DNA of 63,908 nt, counting the filler, from Octopus bimaculoides (Eukaryota), in assembly GCF_001194135.2 (NCBI RefSeq). It is 5 parts of 4 records of this genome, joined end to end, with 100 filler letters (N's around TTAATTAATTAA, not from the genome) between each part and the next. Parts side by side here need not be neighbours in the genome. Positions count along the whole stretch, not along the records: positions 1 to 15,457 come from NC_068984.1; positions 15,558 to 35,008 come from NC_068997.1; 3 more parts are not named here. One strand, 5' to 3'. Made by a program: the position numbers and the translations under genes. The number at the start of each line of letters is the position of its first letter. Positions within the stretch are counted from its first letter, which is position 1. This document shows, in pieces, positions 11,531 to 24,206 of the stretch. The notes beneath the pieces are model-generated. The model saw only the letters and a list, made by a program, of their open reading frames with translations, was not told the DNA's origin and made no database searches.

Positions 11531-12316
11531 GGGTGGGAGAGGATTTTCAGTTTTAGAACTCTGAACATGCAATTCTTTACATTTAATACTTTCTTCAAGT
11601 AATTCATTTAATTTTTTGCTTGGTGGCGGCTCCAACTTTGGAAATAACTCTGCTGGCTTCTTGTGGTGCTGATTGCTGCCGAAATTGCAGAGATCCTGGA
11701 AAAGCTTGTCAGTCTGAGGAACTGGATTGGTACCAGTGTCTGTTGGTTTATTATTTGCCAAAGTTGAAGCACTTTCCAGTTTCTCATTACTCTGCTGAGA
11801 GAAGACGCTAGTGAAAGAACTGTCCAAAGAGATAGCATCGAATTTACTCGGAGTGCTTCTCTGACTGCTGTCAGGAGACGAGAGGGGCAGAAAAGCTGGT
11901 TGTGGCCCCTCTGGGAATGCAGCAAATGATGCTTGTTGCCCAACAGGAAATCCAGTAACCGGGGTCGGTGGTTTAACAGAGAACGCAGCTGAGAATGCAG
12001 CTGGCTGTGGTGCAGCTGAAAATGCATTCCCTGCCACAGGATGTGCAGGGTCAGGAGGGAATGCAGCAAACGGTTGCTGGGCAGCAAAATTTGCAGCCAC
12101 GTTTTGTGTTGCAACTGGAAATGTGTTGCCACGTGGTGGCTTCATCACTGGAAATGCAGCAAAAGGTACAGTATTGTCTGTAGTTGGTGGTGTGGTAGAC
12201 GTAGAGGCTGTAAAGGGTGTTTGGTTGGGTGCTTGTGCAGGTACAGCGGAAACAAACAGTTTATCCCCAAATGGATCTGTAACAATGGGTAGAGAGCAGG
12301 TCATGTTGGTTGGCAT
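9794..12316 (-). CDS. Large coding exon of a Pro/Ser-rich endocytic adaptor-like protein (Disabled-like candidate)
   Basis: 840 codons open to TGA; ttgcag|ATG acceptor; 7 DPF, 1 NPF, a PxxxPR motif, poly-Q and FAAF repeats; exon continues to a G|gtaagt donor at 9750. Confidence 0.85.
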
Positions 12317-12523
12317 CTGCAATGGTACAGCGTATAAGATTAATAAGATTGGGATAATGACAAAATGATAATTAGGATGATTAGTAAAAGTAGAAATAAC
12401 AATGATGGCGGAGACAAAAGCTGCAGAAAGAAGACTTAGATCAGTGGTTCTCAGCCATGTTGGGAAGAGATGGAGAAGAAACAAAGAGAAACAGGTGAGT
12501 ATAAATTGTTGTTTTGTACTTAC
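12317..12523 (-). other. 207-nt in-frame, stop-free intron
   Basis: GAG|gtaagt donor and cattgcag|ATG acceptor; T-rich; length divisible by 3. Confidence 0.75.
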
Positions 12524-13051
12524 CTCAGGTGGGGTTGTCGCTGGATCAATTGGTTTCGGAACTGCTGGGTTAGCAGTCATTGGAACTGCTGGGTTAACAG
12601 TTATTGGAACTGCTGGGTTAACAGTTATTGGAACTGCTGGGTTAACAGTTATTGGAACTGCTGGGTTAACAGTTATTGGAACTGCCGGGTTAACAGTTAA
12701 CGGAACTGAAACAGGAAACGGCTGAGCAGGAACATTGGAAGACACTGCAGAGGGAAAGGCACTGGACGCTGGAAATAGGTTGGCCGCAAGACTACACTGA
12801 CCGGGTGGTAAAGCTGCCGGTGCCTGTGGCATAGCGCTGCCGATGGGAACGCGAGGTGAAGCCGGCGGAGGAGGGAGCAACACTACAGGAGCAGCGGCAG
12901 TAGCTGCAGCAGCAATCGACACAGATGCATTCCCAATGCACTGTTTAGAATTGTTTATGTTCCACGGATCAGCAGTTGTGTCCCCTGTTGTCACCTGCCC
13001 GAAGGGAAAGTCATCGAAGCTCTCCAAAGCAGTACCCATAGAGTCCATTCC
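12524..13051 (-). CDS. Upstream coding exon of the DPF-rich gene
   Basis: ttcttaatctaattgacag|GGA acceptor, 528 nt, phase 0/0; carries FDDF, DPW and the 8-aa tandem repeat; upstream exons not found. Confidence 0.85.
12539..12706 (-). repeat. Coding minisatellite, 7 x 24 nt encoding (VPITVNPA)n
   Basis: Four identical-peptide units flanked by VPLTVNPA, VPMTANPA and VPKPIDPA. Confidence 0.95.
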
Positions 13052-13293
13052 CTGTCAATTAGATTAAGAATAACGGTTTAGCACAAAGTTCACAACACAT
13101 GTCCTCGAGTAAAAGACAAACACCTTGGAGACATTTCAAGCAGGTTAACCCTTTAGCATTTAAACTGACCATATCCGGCCAAAATATTCTGTTTTATGGT
13201 CTCACTGGAGAGATCTGGCCTCTCACATCAACCGTACAATATCATTCTAAAATTAACAGTTACCTCTTCAAAATCTCAAAACATACACAAACA

Positions 13294-13568
13294 TTGGAGT
13301 AAAGATTATTTGCCAACATAACATGGCAGTCCTGGTTTAGGACGAATGTTGCTGTAATTTAGCCCCAGGAGACATCATCTCCAGCTGGCTATACGACATG
13401 ATCAGTGTCCTTATATTTTCGAACAAGGGGGTGCTAGACTCCCTTATTCAAAAATATGACACAGATCATGTTGTATAGCCAATTGGAGACGATGTCTCCT
13501 GGGGCTAAATTACAGCAACATTCATCCAAAACTAGGACTGCCATGTTGGCAAACAATCTTTACTCCAA
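13294..13568. mobile_element. Foldback MITE-like element with long imperfect inverted arms
   Basis: TTGGAGTAAAGATTATTTGCCAACAT...GACATGATC pairs with GATCATGTTG...ATGTTGGCAAACAATCTTTACTCCAA. Confidence 0.8.
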
Positions 13569-13792
13569 AGTACTGTTGCTGAATATCTCTCGTTGTGAGA
13601 TTTACAAATAGTAATTTTCTAATACACAAACATGTTCACATGTAAGTAGATATGCACAGGCAGACGCATGCATCTGTACACACACACACACACACATGTA
13701 TACGCATAACACAATGATATGGTTTACAGTAGGTCCATCATTCAAATCCTCCAGGTGACGTTACAACTTTTTTCCATCTTCTATATTATATA

Positions 13793-14011
13793 CGAGGGTG
13801 TGCTGAAAAGTTCCTGGCTTTGGGTAAAAGAAAATACAGGTGGATCAATTAATTATGATTTTATTCAGCATATTCCCCTCTCAGATTCACACACTTATTG
13901 CAGCAGCGGTACTTCAGTTTTTCTAAGACCTATAAAAAACTTGGAAGGTTGGGCCTCCAACCAGGCCTTTCACAATTCCCTTAAAGCCAGAAATCTTTCA
14001 GCACTCCCTCG
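13793..14011. mobile_element. Mariner-type MITE
   Basis: TIRs CGAGGGTGTGCTGAAAAGTTCCTGGCTT / AAGCCAGAAATCTTTCAGCACTCCCTCG with TA on both sides. Confidence 0.85.
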
Positions 14012-14553
14012 TATATATAATAATACAATACCTCAACACTGTGTGGGGTGACAATCCCCTTTGATAGAGCACTGATATGTCAATACAGCTATTTAGTTTA
14101 ACTCTGTGATTTGGCAAACACAGCAATATGGTTTACTGTACAGGCAGTGTTTAAATTTTGAAAAAAAAAAACAAAAAAAAACCTAAAACCTCAAAAAACC
14201 ACAAACACACACACACACACACACTGTATTGGAGTAAAGGTAAATGCTAAATTAGAGTTAACGTTTTAAAGCAATTTAAGAATAACAATAAAACCATTAA
14301 TTGATGGCGGTGGGGTCACCTTGTCTGCAAATCAAAAGAAATGGTGTTTGAAGGTAGTTTGTTATCATTTATTCATTTACTTGTTTTAGTCGTTAGACTG
14401 TGGCCATGCTGGAGCACTGCCTTCAATGGTTTAGTTAAAGAAATCAATCCCAGTATTTATTTTAAAGCCTGATACTTATTCGGTCAGTCTCGTTTTGCTG
14501 AACTGCTAAATGTATCCTGCATTGGTAAGGCCAAAATAGAGAATATATGTATG

Positions 14554-14590
<37 letters not shown>

Positions 14591-14600
14591 NNNNNNNNNN

Positions 14601-14636
<36 letters not shown>

Positions 14637-14649
14637 TATATATATAGGA

Positions 14650-14903
14650 GTACTCTGTCGCTTACGACATCAAGGGTTCCAGTTGATACGATCAATGGAA
14701 CAGCCTGCTCATGAAATTAACGTCCAAGTGGCTGAGCACTCCACAGACACGTGTACCCTTGATATAGTTCTCAGGGAGATTCAGCATGACACAGAGTGTG
14801 ACATGGCTGGCCCCGTTGAAATACTGGACACAACATGTCGCCGGGGATTGAACTCACGACCTTACGATTGTGAGTCGAATGCCCTAACCACTAAGCCATG
14901 CAC
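14650..14903 (-). mobile_element. tRNA-derived SINE family C
   Basis: Head TGGCTTAGTGGTTAGGGCATTCGACTCAC...GAGTTCAATCCC; body shared with 35923-36183, 60882-61268 and 15-82. Confidence 0.8.
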
Positions 14904-15268
14904 TTTCACTATATATATAGCCTGCTAGTTGGAGATGCGTGTCAAGCTCTCGTAAACATATAATAATTCTAGTGAACTAGCAGGCCATTGCTACTCCAAA
15001 CTGATGACGAGCAAGGACTCAGAAACATGTCTCTGGATGCAGGCTTAGCTAAGTGGAGGTGCTTGTCTCTCCCTAGTAAACATAAGGACACAGGAAATGT
15101 GTCAAGGCCAACAGGAAGTGATGCTGCTTCCTAGGGCTAAATAGTAGTAGTATTATTCCCTTCATGGGACTGTCACATGAAGTTGACAGCATACAACTAC
15201 TTTATCGCATCACTACTGCATAAATCTCTCTGAGAGATTTAGAAATGTATTATTTCTATATATAAATA

Positions 15269-15457
15269 TCATCATCATCATCGTTTAACGTCCGCTTTCC
15301 ATGCTAGCATGGGTTGGACGATTTGACTGAGGACTGGTGAAACCGGATGGCAACACCAGGCTCCAGTCTGATTTGGCAGAGTTTCTACAGCTGGATGCCC
15401 TTCCTAACGCCAACCACTCAGAGAGTGTAGTGGGTGCTTTTACGTGTCACCCGCACG
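15269..15457 (-). mobile_element. Retroposon with RTE-like (GAT)n tail, cut by gap
   Basis: CGGACGTTAAACGATGATGATG tail on minus strand; related copy at about 54895-55140. Confidence 0.65.
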
Positions 15458-16047
15458 NNNNNNNNNNNNNNNNNNNNNNNNNNNNNNNNNNNNNNNNNNN
15501 NTTAATTAATTAANNNNNNNNNNNNNNNNNNNNNNNNNNNNNNNNNNNNNNNNNNNNTCAATGAAAAACATGGGTTTAGGATCGACAAGTGTGTGTTCAA
15601 CTCACTTGCAAACATTTTCACAAGCCACGCTAAAGCACGCGCCACACCGATTTTCCCACGGCCCAATTTGGGAAACACTGCTCTAGACCTCTTATTAAGA
15701 CTTACTGTCTTAAAAGCTACAGAAAATATCGAATGGCGGCTACAAGTATTCGGTCTATTTACATATCTTGACACACCCAACTGAACTCACCCTAAAAACA
15801 TTCATTTGGTCGATGGTTAATTTAAGTCATGGCATCCGAGGCAACAAATGGACTGTAGAATTATTATACATTTCAATATATTATGGCGTGTATTACATAT
15901 GAGTTGCATAACGTTTTATGAGATATGGAATAAAAATGTCCGTTTACGGAAACAACTGTAATGTCAATTTGGTTTTTTCCCCTCCTTTAAATTATATAAA
16001 CATATATACATAAATACATACACATATATATGTATGTATACGTGTAT

Positions 16048-16093
<46 letters not shown>

Positions 16094-17604
16094 ATACATA
16101 TCTGTGTGTGTACATGTTTATGGATATATTTACGTATACATATATGTATACAGAATATATATACAATACTCATGCACTAGCATTAGGTTGCTATGTCTTA
16201 ATGGCTCAGGTATGTTATTTACATACATGGGATATAGGTAATTGTACCACCAGTGTATTATTACAACTGATGTTGAAACTATTATTTGCTATTCACCTGT
16301 TTGAATTATCTTCCTGTAAGCACACCTGTGCACAAGACTTTGATTATATGGCATCCAACTTTCCAACCTAGTTCCTTTTCTTGCTTCTTCAAAGTCATCA
16401 ATTGTCTTCTCTTTTCCGCTTCGATTTAAAGCTGTTTCTGCAGCTCCCCCCCCACCCTCTGTTTGAAGAATGCTTGCATTCGTGGATCTTCCCATTCAAT
16501 GTCTTGTCTGTACGCTGCTTTTTCAGGAGTTTAAATTCCCTGTATTAGATTTTCTGCTGTCGTGTTTTGCCTTTCTAACATTTCATCATCTCGGATTTTA
16601 CATGCTCTTCCTTTCCCAATACCTCTTCAGTAACCCTTTCGGTTTTGTTTTGTAATTTCAGGATGTTCTAAGCTACTACGGATGCGACCCCTGCCGTCAG
16701 AACGACGTCGCTTTTCATTGGGTGAGATTGTTGGATTCCTTCCCTCTTACACTCTTATATTTACGAAATAGAAAGGTCTCCCTCACACTCTCCCCCTCTC
16801 CCTTATCTTTATACTTTCTGCTTTCACCCCTCCCTCTCTTATCTTTTAATCGTTCCTGCTAACCTAAAACAGACCAAATTCCTATTTACAAAACAATAAA
16901 GGCTATTTTTAAAAGTAAAATCTTGAAGTGGAGTTTAAGAAAAAATAATTAAGAACCTATGAGTTTTTATTCTTTATTTTTGCGTGCGATAACATTACGA
17001 AACATTTACATCACATATTCGTTCCACTCCTATCGAATATTAGTGAAAGCCATATATACTATCGGGACCCGTGAATATTTCACAGAATTAATAGTAAACC
17101 TATTGGGTTATTCCTAAAACTTTATTCAAAATACCTGAAAGCATAACTTGTGTTGTGTGTGTATCAAAAGATAGTCGTCATTCATCTGCTATTCACTGAA
17201 AAGTGAAGAAAATTGGAATATGATGATCACTTAATGCGCACAATTTTATAGACTTAATACACAGCTCTCATAAAATGAATATTCACTCTTATTTTCCCCC
17301 ATAAACAGAAAAATTACATTTTAAAATTTACATGGTCACAATCTCATATCTAGAAAACAAAAATGTTATAGCAAAAAAATTATTTTATATGTAAAATATA
17401 GGGGTCGCAATTTCATGGGGGTAAACACTCAATGCAACATGGCATACTCTGAAAACCACATCGCTGGTAACTTATAAGCGAAGGCGATAGGTCAGAGCCA
17501 AACACATTTCAATTTGCGTACAGCTTTCAATTCAATACTTCTTGGCAGAATATATTCTCCGTGTAATTTCTCCCTCTTCTTTTCCCAGATAATTTGCCAG
17601 CCCT

Positions 17605-17745
17605 TTCAGAATGCAACATATAACTGACCATAGCCGAATACAGGTTCAGGCAAAAACAGCCCCACTTTATCAAATGCCTGCCCTTCTGATTTATTGATAG
17701 TCATTGCATATGACAGGTGAACGGGAAACTAGTTTCTTTCTAAAG
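17605..17745 (-). mobile_element. Helitron Pif1-helicase C-terminal relic
   Basis: [40 protein letters not shown] matches Helitron helicase motifs V-VI; weaker degraded similarity continues to about 18200. Confidence 0.85.
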
Positions 17746-18894
17746 TGAATAGCAAGTTTGTAATGCNNNNNNNNNNNNNNNNNNNNNNNNNNNNNNNNNN
17801 NNNNNNNNNNNNNNNNNNNNNNNNNNNNNNNNNNNCACCACACACAAATTATTGTAATTTTTCTTCTGCAAAATATTTCTCCTCCAATAGATTTCTCGAT
17901 CCCTGTACCTAATATCTTTTAAAAATGAGAAACTAAATGTCTTCAAAGCAATTGATTTCTTTCTCCGGCCAAGTGAAAATATAGTAATAATAAAGAGAAA
18001 TGGTCTGAACCTGCAATCAAATCTCCGTGGTCGCCTCAAGAAGATGACTCCATATTTAGAGCGTATTGTGCCAGCGAAGAGGCTCGTATACCGTGCATCT
18101 ATGAACAAGCAGCAAATCTCTATTTCTCAGATCACAAGGTTTTTCCTTAGGAAGTAAGGATACATTGACTCAAGTGGTCATAAATGTAATGACCCTGAAT
18201 AAAGGTGATTCGTTACGTTTTGTAAATTTTAAAAAAATCATAGAACTGCATTAGGAATGGCCTGAAGCGTGACCACTAGATAACAATTATTAATATGAAA
18301 GTGTTTTAAGGGGCGTTACACTGTCTCTGAAGATTTGGTCGTTCAATCAGAGAAGATTTCCCTTTACAACTGATGTTTATCCATTGTTAATGATATGTGC
18401 CCGACTATATAAAATCTCCTCCTCTCCTTTCTGTCTTACTTGACACAAAGACAAACATACAAGCATACACCTACAGGCGCATATATATGTATATGTATAT
18501 CTATATGTGTTAGATTTTATTTTCATCGACATCACATATAGAAACATTTTTAAAAGCTTAATTTTCACAAAAACCCCACAGAAATGTGTTTAGGTTTTTG
18601 TTCTAAATGTTCCTTAAAGTTATGCAATGGTATTAAAAGTTACTCGATGGCAACAGTTATCGTTGCAGACAGTATACAATCCGTCTCAACTGGATATGGT
18701 ATATTTATCTGTTTATCAGTTAGAATGCCTAGCAATGTCTCTGTCTATCTGCCAATCAATCTGTTAGTCTATCTATTTGTCTATCGGTCACTAAACCTGT
18801 CTGTCTGTGTATCTGTTTATCTATCTGACAGATAGACAGATACATGTCTATTTGTCTGTCTATAATTTTGATTGCCTGTCAGTCTGTCTGTTTG

Positions 18895-18896
<2 letters not shown>

Positions 18897-18965
<69 letters not shown>
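18897..18965. repeat. (TATC)n microsatellite
   Basis: Direct inspection; similar arrays at 30170-30355, 35588-35645, 39208-39478 and 40760-40955. Confidence 0.95.
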
Positions 18966-21213
18966 GGATGTAAATGTTTGTGTGTGTGTCTATTGTACAT
19001 GTGTCTGAGAGCATGAAAGCCAAATGACACAGATGTTGCCTCCTGAAAAATATAAGATCTTGCTGTTATTGTTGATAGCACCAGTCAGTTCTAATTTATC
19101 AGACTACATTTGAAAGACACTCTAGCCATGACCACTCCCTCTTATTGCAGTCTGTATAATAACGATACATCACTTGAAACCTCATGCTGCAAATTTGTGT
19201 TTTATTTCTTATAAAGTTCATTTTCTGGAGATGCAATATTGATGGCTCAAGCCTCTGTTACAGGAGATAAAAGGCACTAGATAATAAACAGAAGTGAGAT
19301 AATACAGACGGGTCTAAAGAATATATGGGTATAGATAATATAGAATGATCTAGATAATTTACAATAAAATATTTCTCAAAATGTCCCGACTAATAAACTT
19401 CCCTAAAGTCAGTGACAGTAACATGATGTATAATTAATATCTTTGGTGATTTCTTAAATATTTTTCCAAAGATAAAAGTTGTGTATACATTTATGACAAA
19501 CCTTGTCTATAATGATTGTACGATTTAATTTGAGCATACAATTTAAAATATAATGAATTGGTTTGGAAGGAATAACTGCTATATTTATAGTAGTGCTTAT
19601 CTTTTGGATATTTGTACTTCTAAGTTATCTTCTGTTGAATTCTCTCGTTTTAATTGTTTTACGAAAAATCAAAATAAAGCGCAGGGAAAATTTCTTCTGA
19701 AGCTTCTCTATCACTTTAATGACAAATAATCCCAACAGCATATTTACATTGAAGTAAACTTTTCTTTTCATCTGAAATTTGTCTTTAAGTAATTGATAGG
19801 ATTATTTGAAAGATCTTTAAGAAAGAGATTTTGACAAATGTGCCATATCTAACTGATCGTTGAAGGTTTTAATTTAATTAAATAACGATAATTTAACTTT
19901 GTGATGACTGGGTAAAACTAAGAATGAATTTCTATGACTTCTTTGCAGTTCCTAAAATTTAGAAATATCTTTGATTAAAAAAAAAAAAGGAATTCCTATA
20001 AGTTTTAGTGGGGTTCATAAGCATGTCGCCGGAATTTCTGATAGATGTATCTTTATTTTTTCTCTTTATTAATTTTTCTAGAAAATTCTAAACAATATTA
20101 TTTATATCTATTTGGAAATCTGTCAGTTTCTACCAGGTGTCCTCGAGTATTTAACTGAATATTTCTAATAAAATTATATAAAATGTGGAATAAAACATGT
20201 CGAGTTTTGGTTATAGATAATGTATCTTAATTTGTGGTACTAAGACAGTTACTGAGTTTCAAGACCAGATGTAAAAGAAGTTAGTCCAGTTGGCAGAAAC
20301 GGTTCTCAACTATTACTATTGAACCTAAATTTTCCGTTATTGTACTGTATGTTAACTAGAATCTAAGGAGTTCTCTGTTACCTCCAAAATCACCTTAAGG
20401 TACGTAATTTAGGCGCGATTTGTTTTTAAGGTTATTTCGATAATAGGATTCAATATTTCGGACTTTCCGTACTCTTAATGTTTAATGTCAAAGTGATTGG
20501 ATATAGTAATTGTCTGTTTGTCTTTCTACCTGTTCTACATATATCTATAAAGTAATGAATTAAGTACTGCGCAGTTTGCGTTTGTATAAAACCTTCGAAT
20601 CTTACGAATGTATTCGCAAGTTTCAATGTATGCAGGATATGCATAGTAATACAAATAACTGTATTGGAAGATGAAGGAGTAGAGAAGTCAGTGATTGGAA
20701 TCACTTCAGCAAAGAAGAGAAAACTGTACTTTGTGTCATACTGCAGCGCAATGGATTTCGTTAATTCTATTCGAGGATATATATTTAGCTTGTCTGTAAC
20801 ATATTTCGGTGGGCTTAACTCAAAAGAGATCAAACCTGTTTCTTCACCGAAACAGAATACATTTGAAGTTAGTAGCATTATACTATGACATCTGAGGTAT
20901 TTTGCTTAATTTCGAAGTTCCTTTGATGAAACATCATTTTAAGAACGTATATCTTGAAGGAGAGAGTTCAGACTGTATTGAGAGCCGGACTGAAATGTTA
21001 AACTTTATTTTCTGGTTTGATTTATAATGAAGTGCTAATGAAGTGTTATGTCTACTCAACCGCTACACAACTGCTACTCGACTGCTACTCAACACACCTA
21101 CCACGGCCAGACTACCTCTATTTATATGTCTTGGGAGATCCTACTTCTTCGCCTGGGGGCGTCGACACAACATGAAGAAAGAATGTGACGTTTTGAAAGA
21201 TGCTTAAATCTGT

Positions 21214-21262
<49 letters not shown>

Positions 21263-24147
21263 GAAGTGAAAGAGAGAGAGAATAGCCTTTAGTTCTCTTA
21301 AAATGAAAGAGCACACTTGCTTGTAATTGTGAAAATTTCCATTGAATCATTATTTTATAGGACCCTGTGTCCATTCCATGTTTGCTTTTTACTGCCATTC
21401 TAGCAATTATAGTATTGCGATGTTCGAGCAGTAATCCTTACATACAGTAATGTAAAGCATAAGTAGTTATGAATATCACGAAGATTGTTGCGTGGATTCG
21501 TTTCCTTGAAATAAACAACTGAAGGATTATCTTTTCCTGGAAAGGACATTGGCCTATCAATGGCAACATCCCTGATTATCCTATGTTTATTTCCAACAGA
21601 TAGGGTATATTTTAGTGTAATTAACCACCGTACTGTCCAAAGTTATGATGAAACAATTTGCATAAAAGTGAACTGAAGACCTATGGATAAGTAGCTCAAT
21701 ATTATGATCACTTCGGTATTTCATTATAAAATATTTATTAGCTGTTCATAGTATGATCTATGGACTATTTGATATGTATATACTCAATTTTCTTTTGGTT
21801 GCTGGCATTTAAACTTCAAACGTTTTCCGGGTATATTTAAACTTTATGGCTAAAAATAAAGAAAATTAAAAGGGAAAATTTCATTATCTGAATAGCCTAA
21901 ATAATTTGTTTTCTTCCCAAATAATAAAATAAGCAATAAATAAATAAATAGATAAGCAAACAATATTTTGGTGATAGTTTATAATTACCATTTTCTTGCA
22001 TTCTTATATACATATACTGACTATTTAGTCAAGACATTTAGTTAAACATCAAGTATTATGAAGTATTATGTTATTAGCGAGCTTTGTAGAGTATGCTGTT
22101 TAACTTGGGGAGCTGAGTGTATGACATATTTTCGCTTTCCATCTGTAAATGTTTCACTAATGCTTTTGGAAAAGATATGGAGGAGATACACATCCTTCTA
22201 ATACAAACGCTGAAATAGATGTTTTTACCCTATAATCGACACCACCGATGTGGATAAGCCAACTGACACTTTTGTATCCCGGCGGATAAATGAGTAACTA
22301 AACTTCATTTCTTACTGTTTGTCTTTAATAACGAATCCAGTTGTATGTTTTTATGAACGTTTAAAACTATCTGCTTAAATAGCTATATTGTGCATTGTTA
22401 TTTACAGGTATTTGGTTAACTGTGAGAAGGAGAGAGAAAACTTAAGAATTCCTCGAACATGCCATTACATATATATTAGAGTTATGAGGTCACTGCGTTA
22501 ATAATATGAATATCCTGACTTTACATTCTGAGTTTAAATTCTGCCGAGGTCGACTTTGCCTTTCATCTTTTCGGGGTCGATAAAATAAGTACCCACCAAA
22601 TTTCGGTCCTTGTGCCTAGTGTAGAAAAGAATAATATGAATATCCGGACTTTACATTCTCAGTTCAAATTCCGCCGAGGTTGGATTTGCCTTTCATCCTT
22701 TCGGGATCGATAAAATAAGTACCAGTTGAAGACTGGGGTCGATCTAATCGACTAACACCCAACCCGAAATTTGCTGGTCTTGTGCCAAAACTTGAAACCA
22801 ATATGAATGTCCGGTTACATTTAACAGATGTTTGGATTAATATTTTTAGAACATGGAATCAGTGTATTGGACACATGCTGTAATTTTTCTGTAAATAAAT
22901 TGGTCGAAGATACGTTTCTATTTCAAAATAATCTCAGTGTGTCTGATTTAACCAGATTTTCATAATATTGCAGCAGTATATAACCAGATAACATTAAAAA
23001 TATACATTAAAAGATTCGAGAAAATTAGAGGAAGATTTTCTAATTTTTATTCAGATCTAAAGGTCCTTAAATGTCATTGATAATTTTAAAAAAGAATCTA
23101 AATAAAAGTCCCAAGATGATTGATGACAAAATCACCGATTGTTAAAAACCATCATGTTACCTTCAGCTTGTTTGAAGGACATACTTCAATTAATTCCGAT
23201 CATTAAAAGAAAAAATAGTTAGAAAAGTGTTATTTTCCCATTAAACTCGCAAGCCGTATGTAAATAGTTAATATTTAATGAAAATTATTGATAGCTGGCT
23301 ATCTTTTTTTATTATTTAACTTTTTTTTTCATATGAGATCATCTGGAATATATCAAATATACTCGCAAACCAATAGTAAATGAAAACGAACATTCTTTTT
23401 CCCTTTTCTCAATTAAAAGCTTTGAATACATTTGGTGAAGTGTTTCGATAGAGTAAGAAACTACTAGGAGACGGTGGTTAATGGAAAATTATTGTTTAGA
23501 GATGTTTATAGCACTTATATTTGCCATAATTAGGAATGCACGGTGTAATTTTGTAAGAAACCAATTATAACAACTAGCAATGTCACTCATTGATATCTTA
23601 TATAGTGTAGCATCTAAAAATTGTCTACACTTTTGGAGAATGGAATCTTTTAAAAGACAATACTTAGAACCGAGGCTAATATTCATTACACATACATTAC
23701 TATTCTGTTTTGCACACATTGTCCACATGTGTATGAACTTACACAAACCATACTATATATATATATATATGTAAATAAAATACATACATGCATACATATT
23801 TCTCTCTTATCTTTCTCCCTCTCTCTATGCACGTAAATAAATGTATGTGCGTATATATATATATATGTGTGTATATATATGTGTGTGTGTGTATGTGTGT
23901 ATGTATATATATTTATATGTGTGTGTGTGTGTGTTCACGAGGGGGTGTGTACATTTATATTTAATCAAAACAAAGGGAATATGTATCGAATTGAATTCAT
24001 TGAATACATGAATTAGACTCAACTTCAGAATTTAAAGTGCAATTTCAAAATTCATTTGTTGGGAAATATAAACGGTTTATTTTTAAAACATTGGACTGTA
24101 CGTAAGGTTTAAATATTAATATGTACACATGTATACAATGTGTACGT

Positions 24148-24206
<59 letters not shown>

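Noticed and set aside
10083-12725. Antisense and alternative-frame ORFs within the large exon (e.g. 10479-11144 +, 10450-11217 -)
   Set aside because: Expected shadows of a Ser/Pro-rich coding frame and of the 24-nt repeat.
14845-14903. tRNA-like sequences (also 6702-6777, 7338-7400, 35923-35985, 61200-61265) as tRNA genes
   Set aside because: No proper acceptor stem; each continues into a repeated SINE body.
15502-15513. TTAATTAATTAA islands inside N runs (also 35053, 47011, 59975)
   Set aside because: Each sits in an identical 44N+12+44N block; this is an artificial scaffolding linker with stops in all six frames, not biology.
15706-15716. 11-nt minus-strand microexon candidate (AFKT) as a Dab PTB piece
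   Set aside because: Too short to be meaningful, beyond a scaffold join, next to a hAT-like end, with no neighbouring PTB exons found.
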